From Fibrobacterales bacterium (GTDB lineage: Bacteria > Fibrobacterota > Fibrobacteria > Fibrobacterales > JAOPTW01), in assembly GCA_051532035.1 (NCBI GenBank), contig JAOPTW010000013.1, positions 256,001 through 320,000 on the forward strand: a DNA stretch of 64,000 bases. The letters run 5' to 3'. Made by a program: the position numbers and the translations under genes. The notes beneath the pieces are model-generated. The model was given only the letters and a program-made list of their open reading frames with translations. It ran no database searches and was not told where the DNA came from. Below, one piece after another: positions 1 through 10,354 of this stretch (positions are counted from its first letter, which is position 1; every line of letters begins with the position of its first letter).

Positions 1-2664
1 ATGTACGTTTTTTCCAACACTGTAGATATCAAACCATTCGAAAGGGATAGCAGGGTTACTATCAGAATCATCCCAACAATACCCGCCACCATCACGATCA
101 TTACAAACACGGGTATCGGCTCTGTTCTGAGATATCACCATTTCTAATTCTAGGGGCATTTTTCCGGCGTTTGTTATTGAAAAAGGAATGACCAGTTCAC
201 TCTCCTGAGTAATTTCTAAGGCCGTATCCTTTAAGGTTGTTGATAATGTGGGTTTTTGGAGGGGTATAATAGTAGCAGTATCTATATCGGGGATTGTAAT
301 CGTAAAAGGTGAGGAATAATACGCATAGGGCGATTCAGTTATGACAGTGTATACCCCATCAATAGTTGGAAAGGTAAATTCGCCATCAACGTCGGATAGT
401 GTAGTGCCTTCTGATGGCCCGGTATAACGGATAGTAATGTCATTCACAGGAAGGCCCGAATCTTCAGTTACTACAGTTCCGTAAATGCTACTTGTTTGGT
501 AAACAGGTATAGAGAATTCAACGGTATCTAGAAATCCACTCCCTTCGCGTATCTCTAGAGTGAGGTTAATTTCAGTATAGACCTGCAGAGTACTCGGTAA
601 AATAACTTCAAATACACTCCCAGATTGAGTAATAGCATCGACCTCAACATCGTTAAAAGTTGAATGTTGATTTAAAAGTGTTACTTCTGTATTTTGTGTA
701 GTTACAGTACCTATTGCAGAGAGCAAAGCTTGCGTTCCAATGTTTTTTAAGGCCACTGTAATAGAAAGGGTATCACCAGGGTTTGCAAAACCCGTTGCAT
801 TACCCCGACTATCATCTATGGTATATTGGGCAAAAGCATAATCTTTGCTATGGCTTTTTACAACCATAAGAGAGGGATCTCCATAAAGGTTATATTGCTC
901 AAGATACTTAACACTGCTAATCCGTTTTATAACACCTATTAACATAGTGGGGACCTCGGTATAAAACTGAATCTTTGCCGCATTAATTTGAGGGCCTAAT
1001 TGTTCAAACCCAGAATTAAAAGTACCATCAAACATCATTCTTTCAAAAGTATCGTCATAGCCAAAATAAGAATTTTGAGTAGCCCCCAAATAACTAACCG
1101 CTCCATTTTCAATAGTGAGCCACTGTGTCGCAATTGAATTATACTGCTCTGATACATCTCCTGTTTGACACGCGAATGAGTATATAAAGGGATAGCTTAT
1201 AGTATTCGTCATATATTTATAAGTCCCCCCATTTACAAATACTTGATTAAGAACGGGTATATCTACCCACGCACTCGGGGACCCATGACCGGAATAAATG
1301 AGGAATCGTGAATTATCATTGATATCTCCAATAAGGGTTGATATGTCATTATACTCCGAACTATTTGTTTTCGCATAGCGTTTTTGTATCGTAAACCCCG
1401 AAGGCCCCATAAGTGTATCACCAACATAATTGTGGACAGCCTCTACATCTATATAGTGTGGACTATCAAAAGTAGCGACGAGGGAAACCTTTTTACCCGT
1501 TGTACTTAAATTATTATCCATATACATTGTTTTATCAACAATATTTTTCAACTGGGTATTAGTAGCAACGGGAAATCGTCCTAAAAAGACATCGGGAACT
1601 GTATCATTTCCATCTAAGGTACTATAGTATAGATCCGTGAATGGCTGTTCATCTGTTAAGGGGTTTTGCCACATAGGTATATCATCAACACTCCCCACAA
1701 GGAGAACAAACTCGGGCTTTAAAAAGGTATCCGAATATTGTTGTTGAATATAAGATTTAATTGCTTCTTTGGTTGACCCAATTTTTTCAAGTAATGCATA
1801 AACAACTCGATATCCATTGTTCATTTTATATTCTATAAATGGCTTCAATGTGTCTAGATATTTTTTCGGGGTAATGATCAAGTAATTACTTTGAGAAGAG
1901 CGTTGAAGAGTGGTGATAGAGCTCACAGCACTTGATCTCGTATGTGTACTAGGATTATCAATTTTAGGTCCCCCATTTAAAAAGAGTGTACGGTACAGGT
2001 TTTTCATCGAGGGTGAGTCGTTTCTCAATTCCTCACTCATTTCGAACTCTATAATAACCTCGGCTCTATCGATAACAGTCAGTTCTTTTGTAAGTGGGTT
2101 ATAAGAAAATGGAGTGAGTAAAAAGGTTTGTCCATAAGCCCCTCCAACAGTAAATTTTTTTAAAGAGCGTATCAATTGAGTTTGTTTGCTCGTTGCTGAT
2201 GCTGCAAAAGTTGTTGGTACTCTTGATGTATAAAAGGCTGAATCTATATAAAATGGATGGTGTGCGGTATCAGTTGAAACTTTTGACTGAGCTGGTTGTA
2301 CTGGAAAAACATGGTTTTTTAACGATATTATGCGAGTACTCAGTGACTTAATTGTAATATGACTCAGCACTGAATCCGTAGGAAATCGTAACCTAAAACT
2401 TACGCCTGGCAATTCTGGCTGCCCTGCTTCGCCATAGTTTTGATAATTTTGTATGAGAAGTTGTATATAGTGTTGTTCATTAGTGTCTGTAGGCACCTGT
2501 GTTACATTCGGTAATGCAAAATCTATCTTAAACCCTTTTACATGGGGAGATACGTACACACCCGTCTTATTGGCCCATGACTTTTTATATACACTGTCAT
2601 TGGTTAAACCAAAAAGTAGCTGAATATTTACTATAACACATATGATCAACGTTAATTGAATCAT
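1..2664 (-). CDS. Gingipain-like C25 family cysteine peptidase with propeptide; C-terminus runs off the window start (not in ORF track)
   Basis: Segments translated by hand. AAGGAG RBS then ATG at 2664 (MIQLTLIICVIVNIQLLFG signal peptide). Propeptide motif GEAGQPELP; PEFVLLVGSVDDIP; PDVFLGRFP; catalytic His in FLIYSGHGS; catalytic Cys in YSFACQTG; EQYNLYGDPSL. Frame is still open at base 1 (...YCWDDSDSNPAIPFEWFDI...). Confidence 0.9.
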   Translation of the reverse strand, partial: MIQLTLIICVIVNIQLLFGLTNDSVYKKSWANKTGVYVSPHVKGFKIDFALPNVTQVPTDTNEQHYIQLLIQNYQNYGEAGQPELPGVSFRLRFPTDSVLSHITIKSLSTRIISLKNHVFPVQPAQSKVSTDTAHHPFYIDSAFYTSRVPTTFAASATSKQTQLIRSLKKFTVGGAYGQTFLLTPFSYNPLTKELTVIDRAEVIIEFEMSEELRNDSPSMKNLYRTLFLNGGPKIDNPSTHTRSSAVSSITTLQRSSQSNYLIITPKKYLDTLKPFIEYKMNNGYRVVYALLEKIGSTKEAIKSYIQQQYSDTFLKPEFVLLVGSVDDIPMWQNPLTDEQPFTDLYYSTLDGNDTVPDVFLGRFPVATNTQLKNIVDKTMYMDNNLSTTGKKVSLVATFDSPHYIDVEAVHNYVGDTLMGPSGFTIQKRYAKTNSSEYNDISTLIGDINDNSRFLIYSGHGSPSAWVDIPVLNQVFVNGGTYKYMTNTISYPFIYSFACQTGDVSEQYNSIATQWLTIENGAVSYLGATQNSYFGYDDTFERMMFDGTFNSGFEQLGPQINAAKIQFYTEVPTMLIGVIKRISSVKYLEQYNLYGDPSLMVVKSHSKDYAFAQYTIDDSRGNATGFANPGDTLSITVALKNIGTQALLSAIGTVTTQNTEVTLLNQHSTFNDVEVDAITQSGSVFEVILPSTLQVYTEINLTLEIREGSGFLDTVEFSIPVYQTSSIYGTVVTEDSGLPVNDITIRYTGPSEGTTLSDVDGEFTFPTIDGVYTVITESPYAYYSSPFTITIPDIDTATIIPLQKPTLSTTLKDTALEITQESELVIPFSITNAGKMPLELEMVISQNRADTRVCNDRDGGGYCWDDSDSNPAIPFEWFDIYSVGKNVH

Positions 2665-2727
2665 TATTTTCTCCTTACCTATCGTTATATCGGTATGATG
2701 TCCATGCTGAATGATTCAGTATGTATC

Positions 2728-2768
2728 AAAAAACAACTAAAGGTCACCCATTTCTGGATGACCTTTAG
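2728..2768 (-). terminator. Stem-loop / probable intrinsic terminator between the VWA gene and the C25 gene
   Basis: CTAAAGGTCA (2737-2746) pairs with TGACCTTTAG (2759-2768); followed on the minus strand by TTGTTTTTT. Confidence 0.6.
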
Positions 2769-2793
2769 AGGATATTTAATTAGAAACAAGAAC

Positions 2794-5700
2794 CTATTTC
2801 CACTCTATAACTACCATATTATCAATACGTATCCAAATAATAGAATTGCCTTCATATTTTATGTAATACGTTCCATCGAGGTTTTCGATATTAGAATATT
2901 GTATGGTAAACATCGGATTTTCCTGATCAAAATTATGAATCATAGTTCTTTCATAATTGTCACGAGGTACACCTGAGATATTGATAGAAAACTCAATAAG
3001 AGTAGGAGTTCCATTTTGTAATGCCCAATGAACATTAAAGCGATCACCGTATGTAAGATTAGGTTTCACGAATTCATTCACCGCTGTTACAACAGGGTAT
3101 TTGTTAGGAAAGTACCCATATGGTATTTTAGGTAAAGTGCCACCGGTGTATTCTTTCAAATAGCCATCAAAACGGTCAACTACACAACTTCCTAAAGAAG
3201 ATACCGGGCCACCAGTACCAATCTGCTCTACTACCACAGAAGGTGCCGCTGTTGTCCATTTAATAACGAACGCATTGTCTTTTCTTACCCAATACACTGT
3301 ATTACTTTCAATTCTCAAATAATATGAACCAGCGAGGTTCGCGACTCTGCTTGAATGAATAGTAAATTCAGGATACTCTGTATTGAAATTGTATGTTAAT
3401 TTATTTTCTGCTTTTAGACGCTCAAGAGCTGTACCAAATTTCACAGGATTAAGGTTCATCATAAACTGAACTACTCTATTTACATTAGGAATATATTCAA
3501 TTGCAAAGCGAGCATCATTTGTTTCAGTAATATTTGGTAATACGTCTTCGTTACCCAAATGCAAGACTTGAGGCCAGAGACCTGATTTGAATTGGTACGA
3601 TGTAATAGCGCCTGGGTAAGGAGCAATAAATTCTTCGAAAAGGTTTCTACTCGGAGTTCCACCTGCATAGCCATCCGTCGATATTACCGCTCCAACAGAA
3701 AGTGAGTACGAGCTCATGCCAGCATTAACTTTAGCATTTGCAACTTTCACACGGAGACCATCACGAACCATCTCACTATCGATCACAACTAATGCATAAT
3801 TATTTTTAGTACAATTACTTGAATTATCAAATAAGGCAATCATTTCAGTTCCATCGTAAACCTCTAATACAAGATCTAAGTTTCCTGGAATATTGGCAAC
3901 ACGGACCATAAGATCCTCACCTTCTCTTGTTCCAACTATTTCAAATACATCTACATCACCTTCAAAATCAATTTTACCGATATTTGAAGTATTATTAGCA
4001 TTGATAATTCTATAATCCTCATCTACTTGATCATCTGCGATGACACCACCAACTTCAAATTCAAGTTCAGCATAGCGGGTGAAGTTATTAATTTCCTCTG
4101 ATGGGCTTCCCCCAAGGCGAGTTGCAGCACCTGTATTTTTAGTGAACAATTGAACTTTATATATACCATTTTGATTGTACTCATCAACTTTCACAGAATA
4201 TCTACCATCATTTTTTTCCACATCACCTTGATATCCTTGATCATTTAATGGAACAAGAATGACGTCACCATTTGGATACACTACTCGTGATGTAACGGTC
4301 ATATTTCTTAATACGCTATTATCATAGATTCCTGCACTAATACTCAGTGGTTCAGGATAACGAACTTGCTTTAATGAGCGGTTGGTCGGTAAAGCTACAC
4401 TGTTAGTTGTAACACTTTTGAAGGCTATACTTGAATAAGCATTTACATTACTGGTTCCTGGATATGAAATTGTAAGTTTAGTTTCATCAATGCTCAATTC
4501 AGCATCTTCATCAGCTAAATCTGTCACTAGGTAAACCGATAAATAGGTCTCCTCACATCCATCAGCTTTAACGGTCCAATGAGGCCCATCATGCTCTCCT
4601 ACTTCTAAGAAAAACCTGTCAAGAATTGAATAGTCGGCTCCATAACCTGTAGCTGGGATTCGATCAACAAGCGGATCAACAATTAGCTCGCCACCATTAT
4701 CATAAACACCTTTATTTAAAAGACTTGCACCACAAAAACTTGATATTACAACTTTTAAAAATTCAGCTTCTTGATCAACAGAAAAGGTAATATCCCCATG
4801 AGCTCCCATATGAAGATCTTTTAAGAGGGTTTTTTCTCCGACGGCTTTATTATATATTGATTCATAGGCTAATTGCATTTTTGCGATATCATCAACTTCA
4901 GTGTTAGAGAAATAAAGACCCTCTGTTTCTACTGCCATATCTTCTAGACTCTCCTCAGGAGCACCTGCACCATATCCAATGGTGAAAAGCGGAACGCCAG
5001 CCGCAACATATTCAGCAATTACATCTGCTTCATCAAAATCTGTTTCAGGTATCAAATTCCCATCTCCATCCCACCCAATGGCACTCTCACCATCAGACAA
5101 TAAAAACCCATATCGAAATGGCACATCATCATAATCTGCATCCCGATACATCAGTATTTTTTCCAAACTAACAACGGCTCCTTCATATAATTTAGTCCAA
5201 CCGCCAATGGTAATATCATTTATCGCATCAACAAGATCCTGTCGAATATCACTTGTAACAATAGGAGTTATTGACATATCAGTCGTATCGATCGTCGTAG
5301 AAAAACTTGTTATACCAAAGTTTATTGCATCACCCGGATTCAGGTTATTAACAAACCTTTCAGCGGCTAATTTCGCATTCGTCATTTTGCTATCATCACC
5401 CATGCTCCCCGATTTATCTATAATAATATCTGCTACTATTTGATTGCTCCGCCATTCATAAGAAAAATGATCTAAATAGTCTGTTCCAGATTCAGTATTA
5501 ACAATCAAATATGGAATACTATTATATAAATCATCACCGAGTTCTGGCTTGTAATACTGTAACTCTTCAAAGTAAGGGATGTTCAGGTCTTGAATGGTAC
5601 CATCAGGGTAGAGCGTTGACAATACATCCCATGAACTTGCATCAAAAACACGATATTGAGCATTATCTACCCCAGAAGCCAATGCATCTACATTTAAATA

Positions 5701-6321
5701 TTGAAGATGCGCTACAATATCACTCGCATTAAATGCATTTAAAGGGTTAGATGTAAGAGTATTAATGCCAATATCATCACTCAATTTTGGTTCCCAATCG
5801 TATGTTGTATTATCAGCAAAACCTTTAGACTGCTCAAGAATCCCATATGTATATTTTACCCATTCATGAGTTAAAATAAAACCAAGCTTTGTTGGATTCA
5901 CGGCATTTAATTCAAAGTCGATCAACTCTCCTTTAAAATACGTTTTGTCACCAATCAATATTTTTGCGGTATTACTACTCCAGCCACCTATGTGAGAATA
6001 CGCTTGCTGATTACTCCCCCATATTACCGAACTATATTCTTCAGCATATCCATCTTGAAAAATCATTACCTTACCGAGATAATGCGCCCCATTAGTTACT
6101 TCGTAAATCCCCCGAGCCCACGCCTGGAGTACTTCAATTATTTTTGCTCGTTTGTCTGAACCTTGCCCTGGACTATCATGGAGTGATATAGAAACGTCAA
6201 ATATTCTTTGATCCGCAATTGGAGCGACGTTATCTATTATCCGTGATCTATTCCATGTATTCTCTATACCTCCAAAGCAAACCTGAGCCATTATTAGAAG
6301 TGTGATTATTTTAATTGTCAT
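2794..6321 (-). CDS. Secreted CLCA-like protein: degenerate metallohydrolase domain, VWA domain, choice-of-anchor-X-like domain, two tandem C-terminal domains
   Basis: Signal peptide. IYEVTNG..YLGKV and THEWVKYTYGILEQ resemble the CLCA N-terminal domain. VWA MIDAS DKSGS..T..LSDG. LNDQG..GDVEKNDGRYS motif. Duplicated ~120-aa C-terminal unit. Confidence 0.75.
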   Translation of the reverse strand: MTIKIITLLIMAQVCFGGIENTWNRSRIIDNVAPIADQRIFDVSISLHDSPGQGSDKRAKIIEVLQAWARGIYEVTNGAHYLGKVMIFQDGYAEEYSSVIWGSNQQAYSHIGGWSSNTAKILIGDKTYFKGELIDFELNAVNPTKLGFILTHEWVKYTYGILEQSKGFADNTTYDWEPKLSDDIGINTLTSNPLNAFNASDIVAHLQYLNVDALASGVDNAQYRVFDASSWDVLSTLYPDGTIQDLNIPYFEELQYYKPELGDDLYNSIPYLIVNTESGTDYLDHFSYEWRSNQIVADIIIDKSGSMGDDSKMTNAKLAAERFVNNLNPGDAINFGITSFSTTIDTTDMSITPIVTSDIRQDLVDAINDITIGGWTKLYEGAVVSLEKILMYRDADYDDVPFRYGFLLSDGESAIGWDGDGNLIPETDFDEADVIAEYVAAGVPLFTIGYGAGAPEESLEDMAVETEGLYFSNTEVDDIAKMQLAYESIYNKAVGEKTLLKDLHMGAHGDITFSVDQEAEFLKVVISSFCGASLLNKGVYDNGGELIVDPLVDRIPATGYGADYSILDRFFLEVGEHDGPHWTVKADGCEETYLSVYLVTDLADEDAELSIDETKLTISYPGTSNVNAYSSIAFKSVTTNSVALPTNRSLKQVRYPEPLSISAGIYDNSVLRNMTVTSRVVYPNGDVILVPLNDQGYQGDVEKNDGRYSVKVDEYNQNGIYKVQLFTKNTGAATRLGGSPSEEINNFTRYAELEFEVGGVIADDQVDEDYRIINANNTSNIGKIDFEGDVDVFEIVGTREGEDLMVRVANIPGNLDLVLEVYDGTEMIALFDNSSNCTKNNYALVVIDSEMVRDGLRVKVANAKVNAGMSSYSLSVGAVISTDGYAGGTPSRNLFEEFIAPYPGAITSYQFKSGLWPQVLHLGNEDVLPNITETNDARFAIEYIPNVNRVVQFMMNLNPVKFGTALERLKAENKLTYNFNTEYPEFTIHSSRVANLAGSYYLRIESNTVYWVRKDNAFVIKWTTAAPSVVVEQIGTGGPVSSLGSCVVDRFDGYLKEYTGGTLPKIPYGYFPNKYPVVTAVNEFVKPNLTYGDRFNVHWALQNGTPTLIEFSINISGVPRDNYERTMIHNFDQENPMFTIQYSNIENLDGTYYIKYEGNSIIWIRIDNMVVIEWK

Positions 6322-6379
6322 TAATTGTTCCTTTATTTATTAGTTGGTTAATTGGTTAAGTTATCATTTTAAGTAATGT

Positions 6380-9319
6380 TTAATAAATGCACCTCATGCT
6401 ATATCCATGAGCCGACACCACGTCAGTTCGTTCTATCCCAGTGTATCCTGTCGAACTTTTTAGAACTCGTCTACGGACAATATTATCTCCATTTTTTCCT
6501 GCCCAAAAATATGCAGATAACGTGATTGATGAAAAGCCTCCTGTTGAAAAATTATAGTATCCAGATGGGATTGCATTAAATAAAGATGACGCATCTCCTG
6601 GATTCTTTACCCAACTTGTTCCCGGCTTTTTCAGATATTTGCCGTAGGCTGTAGCGCGATATTTTGCATTGGCTGTCGTATCAGTCTTAGTGACACCAAT
6701 ACTTGTCTCCAAAGTTTGCCATTCAGAATCTGTAGGAAGACTCCAACCGTCAGGACAAATACTTTCTATAACATCGATAGTGTATAAACGTCCCTGTCCC
6801 GGGCAAGTACTCGCATTATTTATACACTTATCATATATGTCTGGGTTTGATTCGCCATTAATCCCATAATCATACTCCAGGTTTTCCTGCATCCAAACCT
6901 GAGAACCAATCTTAACCCAGCTGTAATCCCTGCTGGCAACGCCGTTATGATACGCCGTAAAGACCCCCGAAACCCCGTTGTTTACGGGTTTTAATAATGC
7001 CGTTATTTGCAATCCTGTTCTTGCAGTTATAGACTCGATTGATGTATTTGTGGTTTGATTAGCAAGTACTACATCCGAGAGTATCCAACGGTCAAATTCA
7101 AAACCAGGGCCTGGTATAATCTCAAGGTTTTTTGGGTTACCAACGACAAAAGTTACGGTAGAAGCTGAATGCAGGTTACCATTGACCTTAAAAGCACCAA
7201 GCCCACCCTGTATCAAGAGTATAATGCTATTATCAACCGTCACAAACTCAGCTTCAACATTCCATACCTGCGGATTAACATCAGCTATTGTTGAAATATA
7301 TGTCTCATCTTGTTGAGTACTATTGAGCGTTACATTATGAGGTACCCACCGATTAAATCGGTATCCTAGAGCTGGAATAGCTTTAATATATTCTTGAGTG
7401 TCAAAAACATAATCTGATGATCCATCTGTAAACTCAACTGAACCATTGGTAGCTGTTGCCCCTATAGAATAAGTCGCTGGCATAAAATTAACCCCTAAAT
7501 TCCATGAGGAAGTATAGGGATCAATGGCGGTTAAACGATTATTCTGTATTGTCACATTTGTTTCGTTCCAGCCATTAAAGCTCCATCCAAAAGCAGTATC
7601 AATTGATACTGGAACCGCAGTACCAAATAGATAACTGTAGGTGCTTGATGTTCCACCATCTATAGTTACTGTCCCGTGGTCTGAAGCGACTCCAATATCG
7701 AATGTTTTCGGATTAAATACCGCAGTAATTTCACCAGTACCATTCGCCCGCAGATAATTTAATTTTTCAGTCTGAGGATATGAGAGTGTGAGATTTGCCC
7801 CGACACTCCACCCTCCCCATGTATACGCCTCAGGAAATGTTTCTGTAATATTGATGAGTGTTGAATCAAGATATTTGAGTAAAAAATTATGCCCATCGTC
7901 AACTGGATTATTGATACCAAGATCTACACGTCCCTCACCATGCTTTCTGATAGTGATTCCATAATCCTTTTTCATATATTTAGCTGTGATCGTTGCACTT
8001 GTCTTTTTTAACGTAACATTAGTGATACCTGAATTACTATTATACTGACAAGAAACATCTTCACTCAAACACGCCCAGCCAGAAAAAACATATCCTAAAT
8101 TTTCATTCACTGTAACCTCTATGACCTCTCCAATCGATCTATTGAGAATGGTAGAGGGATAATCACCCGGTTCTCCTACGTCCCCTTGCGTGCCACATGT
8201 GGTTACTGCACCTTCAACTTGACATTGAATTGAGAGCGTTGTTGTAGGATTGGTTATAATCGAACTTGAACTCGAGTTACTAGAAGAACTACTCTGTGAT
8301 GAAGTACTGCTGCTACTACTGGAGCTAATCACACTACTCAATGAACTACTCATCGACCCAGTACTACTTTGAGGCATTGATGAACTTACACTTATGGAAG
8401 TATCTGGATCAAATGCAATCCCAGAACTAGAATTTATTGTCGTCAACACTTGTGAACTTATAAAAGAGTTCGTAGCACTTGAATGTACTGAAGTTAAAGT
8501 ACTACTTGAACTACCTAACGTTACCCCTGCACTTGATGATTCTTTGACACTTGGCACCATGCTTGATGATGTGAGACTCACCACCACGCTACTCACTCCC
8601 CCTTTACTTATATCAATCTGATTGGAAGAGCCTGGATCTCTAGCAGCAATTTGTTCTGCAACAATGTTAACAATTACTATATCTTGTCCAATATGAAACG
8701 CATCACGTATCTGAACTACCGCACTATCAACTCCTATTGATTGGTATACACATACTTTATTTGCTGGGTCAATGCGAACATGTTCTAATGAATCCTTACC
8801 AGTACAAGCGAGATAGAAATCAACCATTAAATCATCATCGCTATAGTTGGTTTGAAAATAAACTGGTGTATTTACATAGGCTACAAGTGTATCACTCGTA
8901 AATGAAATTAAAGGTTCCGCATTTGGTTTTTTGCCTTGTATGACGGTGAGTGAATCAATATTCCTTAAAGAAATAGTATCAACTTGTTGAGCGAGGTATC
9001 CACGGACCCCAATGAGGGTATAAGAAACAATTGCCTCAGAACCTACAGCATATGTGACCGGCAATACGATTATTGAATCAACAGTAAGTTCTAGGTTAGT
9101 GGTATCGAGTACATCAATGCCATCTATTACGATATCACCATGAATACCAGTAACAGAATTTGATAATTCTCTAACATCAATGGTATAGTGAAAAGATACT
9201 CCATCTGAAAGTTCTAGTGTTGATTGATCCTCTTTAGTGTTGCTCGATTCAAAAACACATGAAAGTACTGAAAGCGTACTCATTACAATAAAAATACGAA
9301 TGAACATCTTGTTAGACAT
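6380..9319 (-). CDS. Lipoprotein with Ser-rich linker, InlB-B/Flg_new-like beta repeats and C-terminal FISUMP domain
   Basis: Lipobox VLSC; poly-Ser linker; repeated GY.F.GW units; WVKIGSQVWMQENL..GRLY..CPDGWSLPTDSEW..YSMRC. Confidence 0.8.
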   Translation of the reverse strand: MSNKMFIRIFIVMSTLSVLSCVFESSNTKEDQSTLELSDGVSFHYTIDVRELSNSVTGIHGDIVIDGIDVLDTTNLELTVDSIIVLPVTYAVGSEAIVSYTLIGVRGYLAQQVDTISLRNIDSLTVIQGKKPNAEPLISFTSDTLVAYVNTPVYFQTNYSDDDLMVDFYLACTGKDSLEHVRIDPANKVCVYQSIGVDSAVVQIRDAFHIGQDIVIVNIVAEQIAARDPGSSNQIDISKGGVSSVVVSLTSSSMVPSVKESSSAGVTLGSSSSTLTSVHSSATNSFISSQVLTTINSSSGIAFDPDTSISVSSSMPQSSTGSMSSSLSSVISSSSSSSTSSQSSSSSNSSSSSIITNPTTTLSIQCQVEGAVTTCGTQGDVGEPGDYPSTILNRSIGEVIEVTVNENLGYVFSGWACLSEDVSCQYNSNSGITNVTLKKTSATITAKYMKKDYGITIRKHGEGRVDLGINNPVDDGHNFLLKYLDSTLINITETFPEAYTWGGWSVGANLTLSYPQTEKLNYLRANGTGEITAVFNPKTFDIGVASDHGTVTIDGGTSSTYSYLFGTAVPVSIDTAFGWSFNGWNETNVTIQNNRLTAIDPYTSSWNLGVNFMPATYSIGATATNGSVEFTDGSSDYVFDTQEYIKAIPALGYRFNRWVPHNVTLNSTQQDETYISTIADVNPQVWNVEAEFVTVDNSIILLIQGGLGAFKVNGNLHSASTVTFVVGNPKNLEIIPGPGFEFDRWILSDVVLANQTTNTSIESITARTGLQITALLKPVNNGVSGVFTAYHNGVASRDYSWVKIGSQVWMQENLEYDYGINGESNPDIYDKCINNASTCPGQGRLYTIDVIESICPDGWSLPTDSEWQTLETSIGVTKTDTTANAKYRATAYGKYLKKPGTSWVKNPGDASSLFNAIPSGYYNFSTGGFSSITLSAYFWAGKNGDNIVRRRVLKSSTGYTGIERTDVVSAHGYSMRCIY

Positions 9320-9404
9320 ATGAAGTAATTCCCCCTATTTAGAACCGTAACAGAAACGCTCTATTTAATAGAGGTTCTCTGATATAAGCATGTGTACTAT
9401 ACGC

Positions 9405-9480
9405 TGTGTGTGTGTGTGTGTGTGTGTGCGCGCAGTAGTATTCTGTGTGTCTTGTCTTGTCTTGTGTTGTGTTGTGTTGT
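9405..9480. repeat. Simple sequence repeats: (TG)12 followed by CGCGCA, then (CTTGT)3(GTTGT)3
   Basis: Read directly: TG x12 at 9405-9428; pentamers at 9451-9480. Intergenic. Confidence 0.95.
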
Positions 9481-9516
9481 GCTTAAATTATTTTTATCAG
9501 TATTACATACTATCTC

Positions 9517-10344
9517 TTATTGTCCATTGAGTTGTCGTTCTTGTTGCACTGAGTCTATAAATTGTTGTTCAGGCACCAAATCCTTCAGTGGAGAACGGGC
9601 ATAATCTTTTAGTAACAAATCACCCGTTACAAAGCGGTCAATAAATACAGAATCAATATTCACATTTTCTGGTATGTTTTTATTTATTCCTATGAAACTT
9701 GATACTTGCAAACTTTTTCCAAATATGCAATCCATAACCCTATTGAGAACCGCATCCTCGGTTTCTATATTGTTATTTCTCATGTACACCCTATTAACCT
9801 GGTAAAACTCATCTGTATCAAAATCATCACACATTTTGTTAATGATTAAATCAGTATATGTATTATGAATAAATGCACTGTCAGCAGTCTCGCTTTCAGC
9901 TCTATCAATTACTTTAAGAATCTCTACTACATTTTCATCGATTGTAGTGGTTGTTTTACTTTGATTACTCAGCATACCAAAGGATTTTTCATTTCTCAGC
10001 AATACAAAACCCTTACTAAAAAATGTTTGCTTTACTAGTAGAGAATCGTCTTTATGGGCACTAATGGTAAACGACGCTCGTTCTATTGTGTGCCTATTTC
10101 CAGCACTAATAGTCGTTATAGTAGATCCCTTTGTAGACGCATTTTCAGAAGTGCCTAATTTGTAGAAATAGAGTGAGTCATGAATCAATCCATTAATTGA
10201 AACCTCAATATGAATACTATCAATTGATAAAGGACGTTCACATTGTACTTCTAACTCATACCCACGTTCCAGGGAGCCTTCATTATTTGTCACGCATCCA
10301 CCCATAGTAAATAAAACCAATAGTACTATTCCTCTTAGAAACAC
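9517..10344 (-). CDS. Hypothetical lipoprotein
   Basis: ORF 9517..10371; the GTG at 10344 has an AGGAG RBS and gives a signal peptide ending in lipobox MGGC. Confidence 0.65.
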   Translation of the reverse strand: MFLRGIVLLVLFTMGGCVTNNEGSLERGYELEVQCERPLSIDSIHIEVSINGLIHDSLYFYKLGTSENASTKGSTITTISAGNRHTIERASFTISAHKDDSLLVKQTFFSKGFVLLRNEKSFGMLSNQSKTTTTIDENVVEILKVIDRAESETADSAFIHNTYTDLIINKMCDDFDTDEFYQVNRVYMRNNNIETEDAVLNRVMDCIFGKSLQVSSFIGINKNIPENVNIDSVFIDRFVTGDLLLKDYARSPLKDLVPEQQFIDSVQQERQLNGQ

Positions 10345-10354
10345 TATTCTCTCC

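Noticed and set aside
1910..2976. Plus-strand ORFs 1910..2104 and 2656..2976
   Set aside because: Antisense shadows of the C25 and VWA genes; the same applies to most other short nested ORFs in the track.
9392..9604. 70-aa Cys/Val-rich ORF
   Set aside because: Translation of the microsatellite, and antisense to a real gene.
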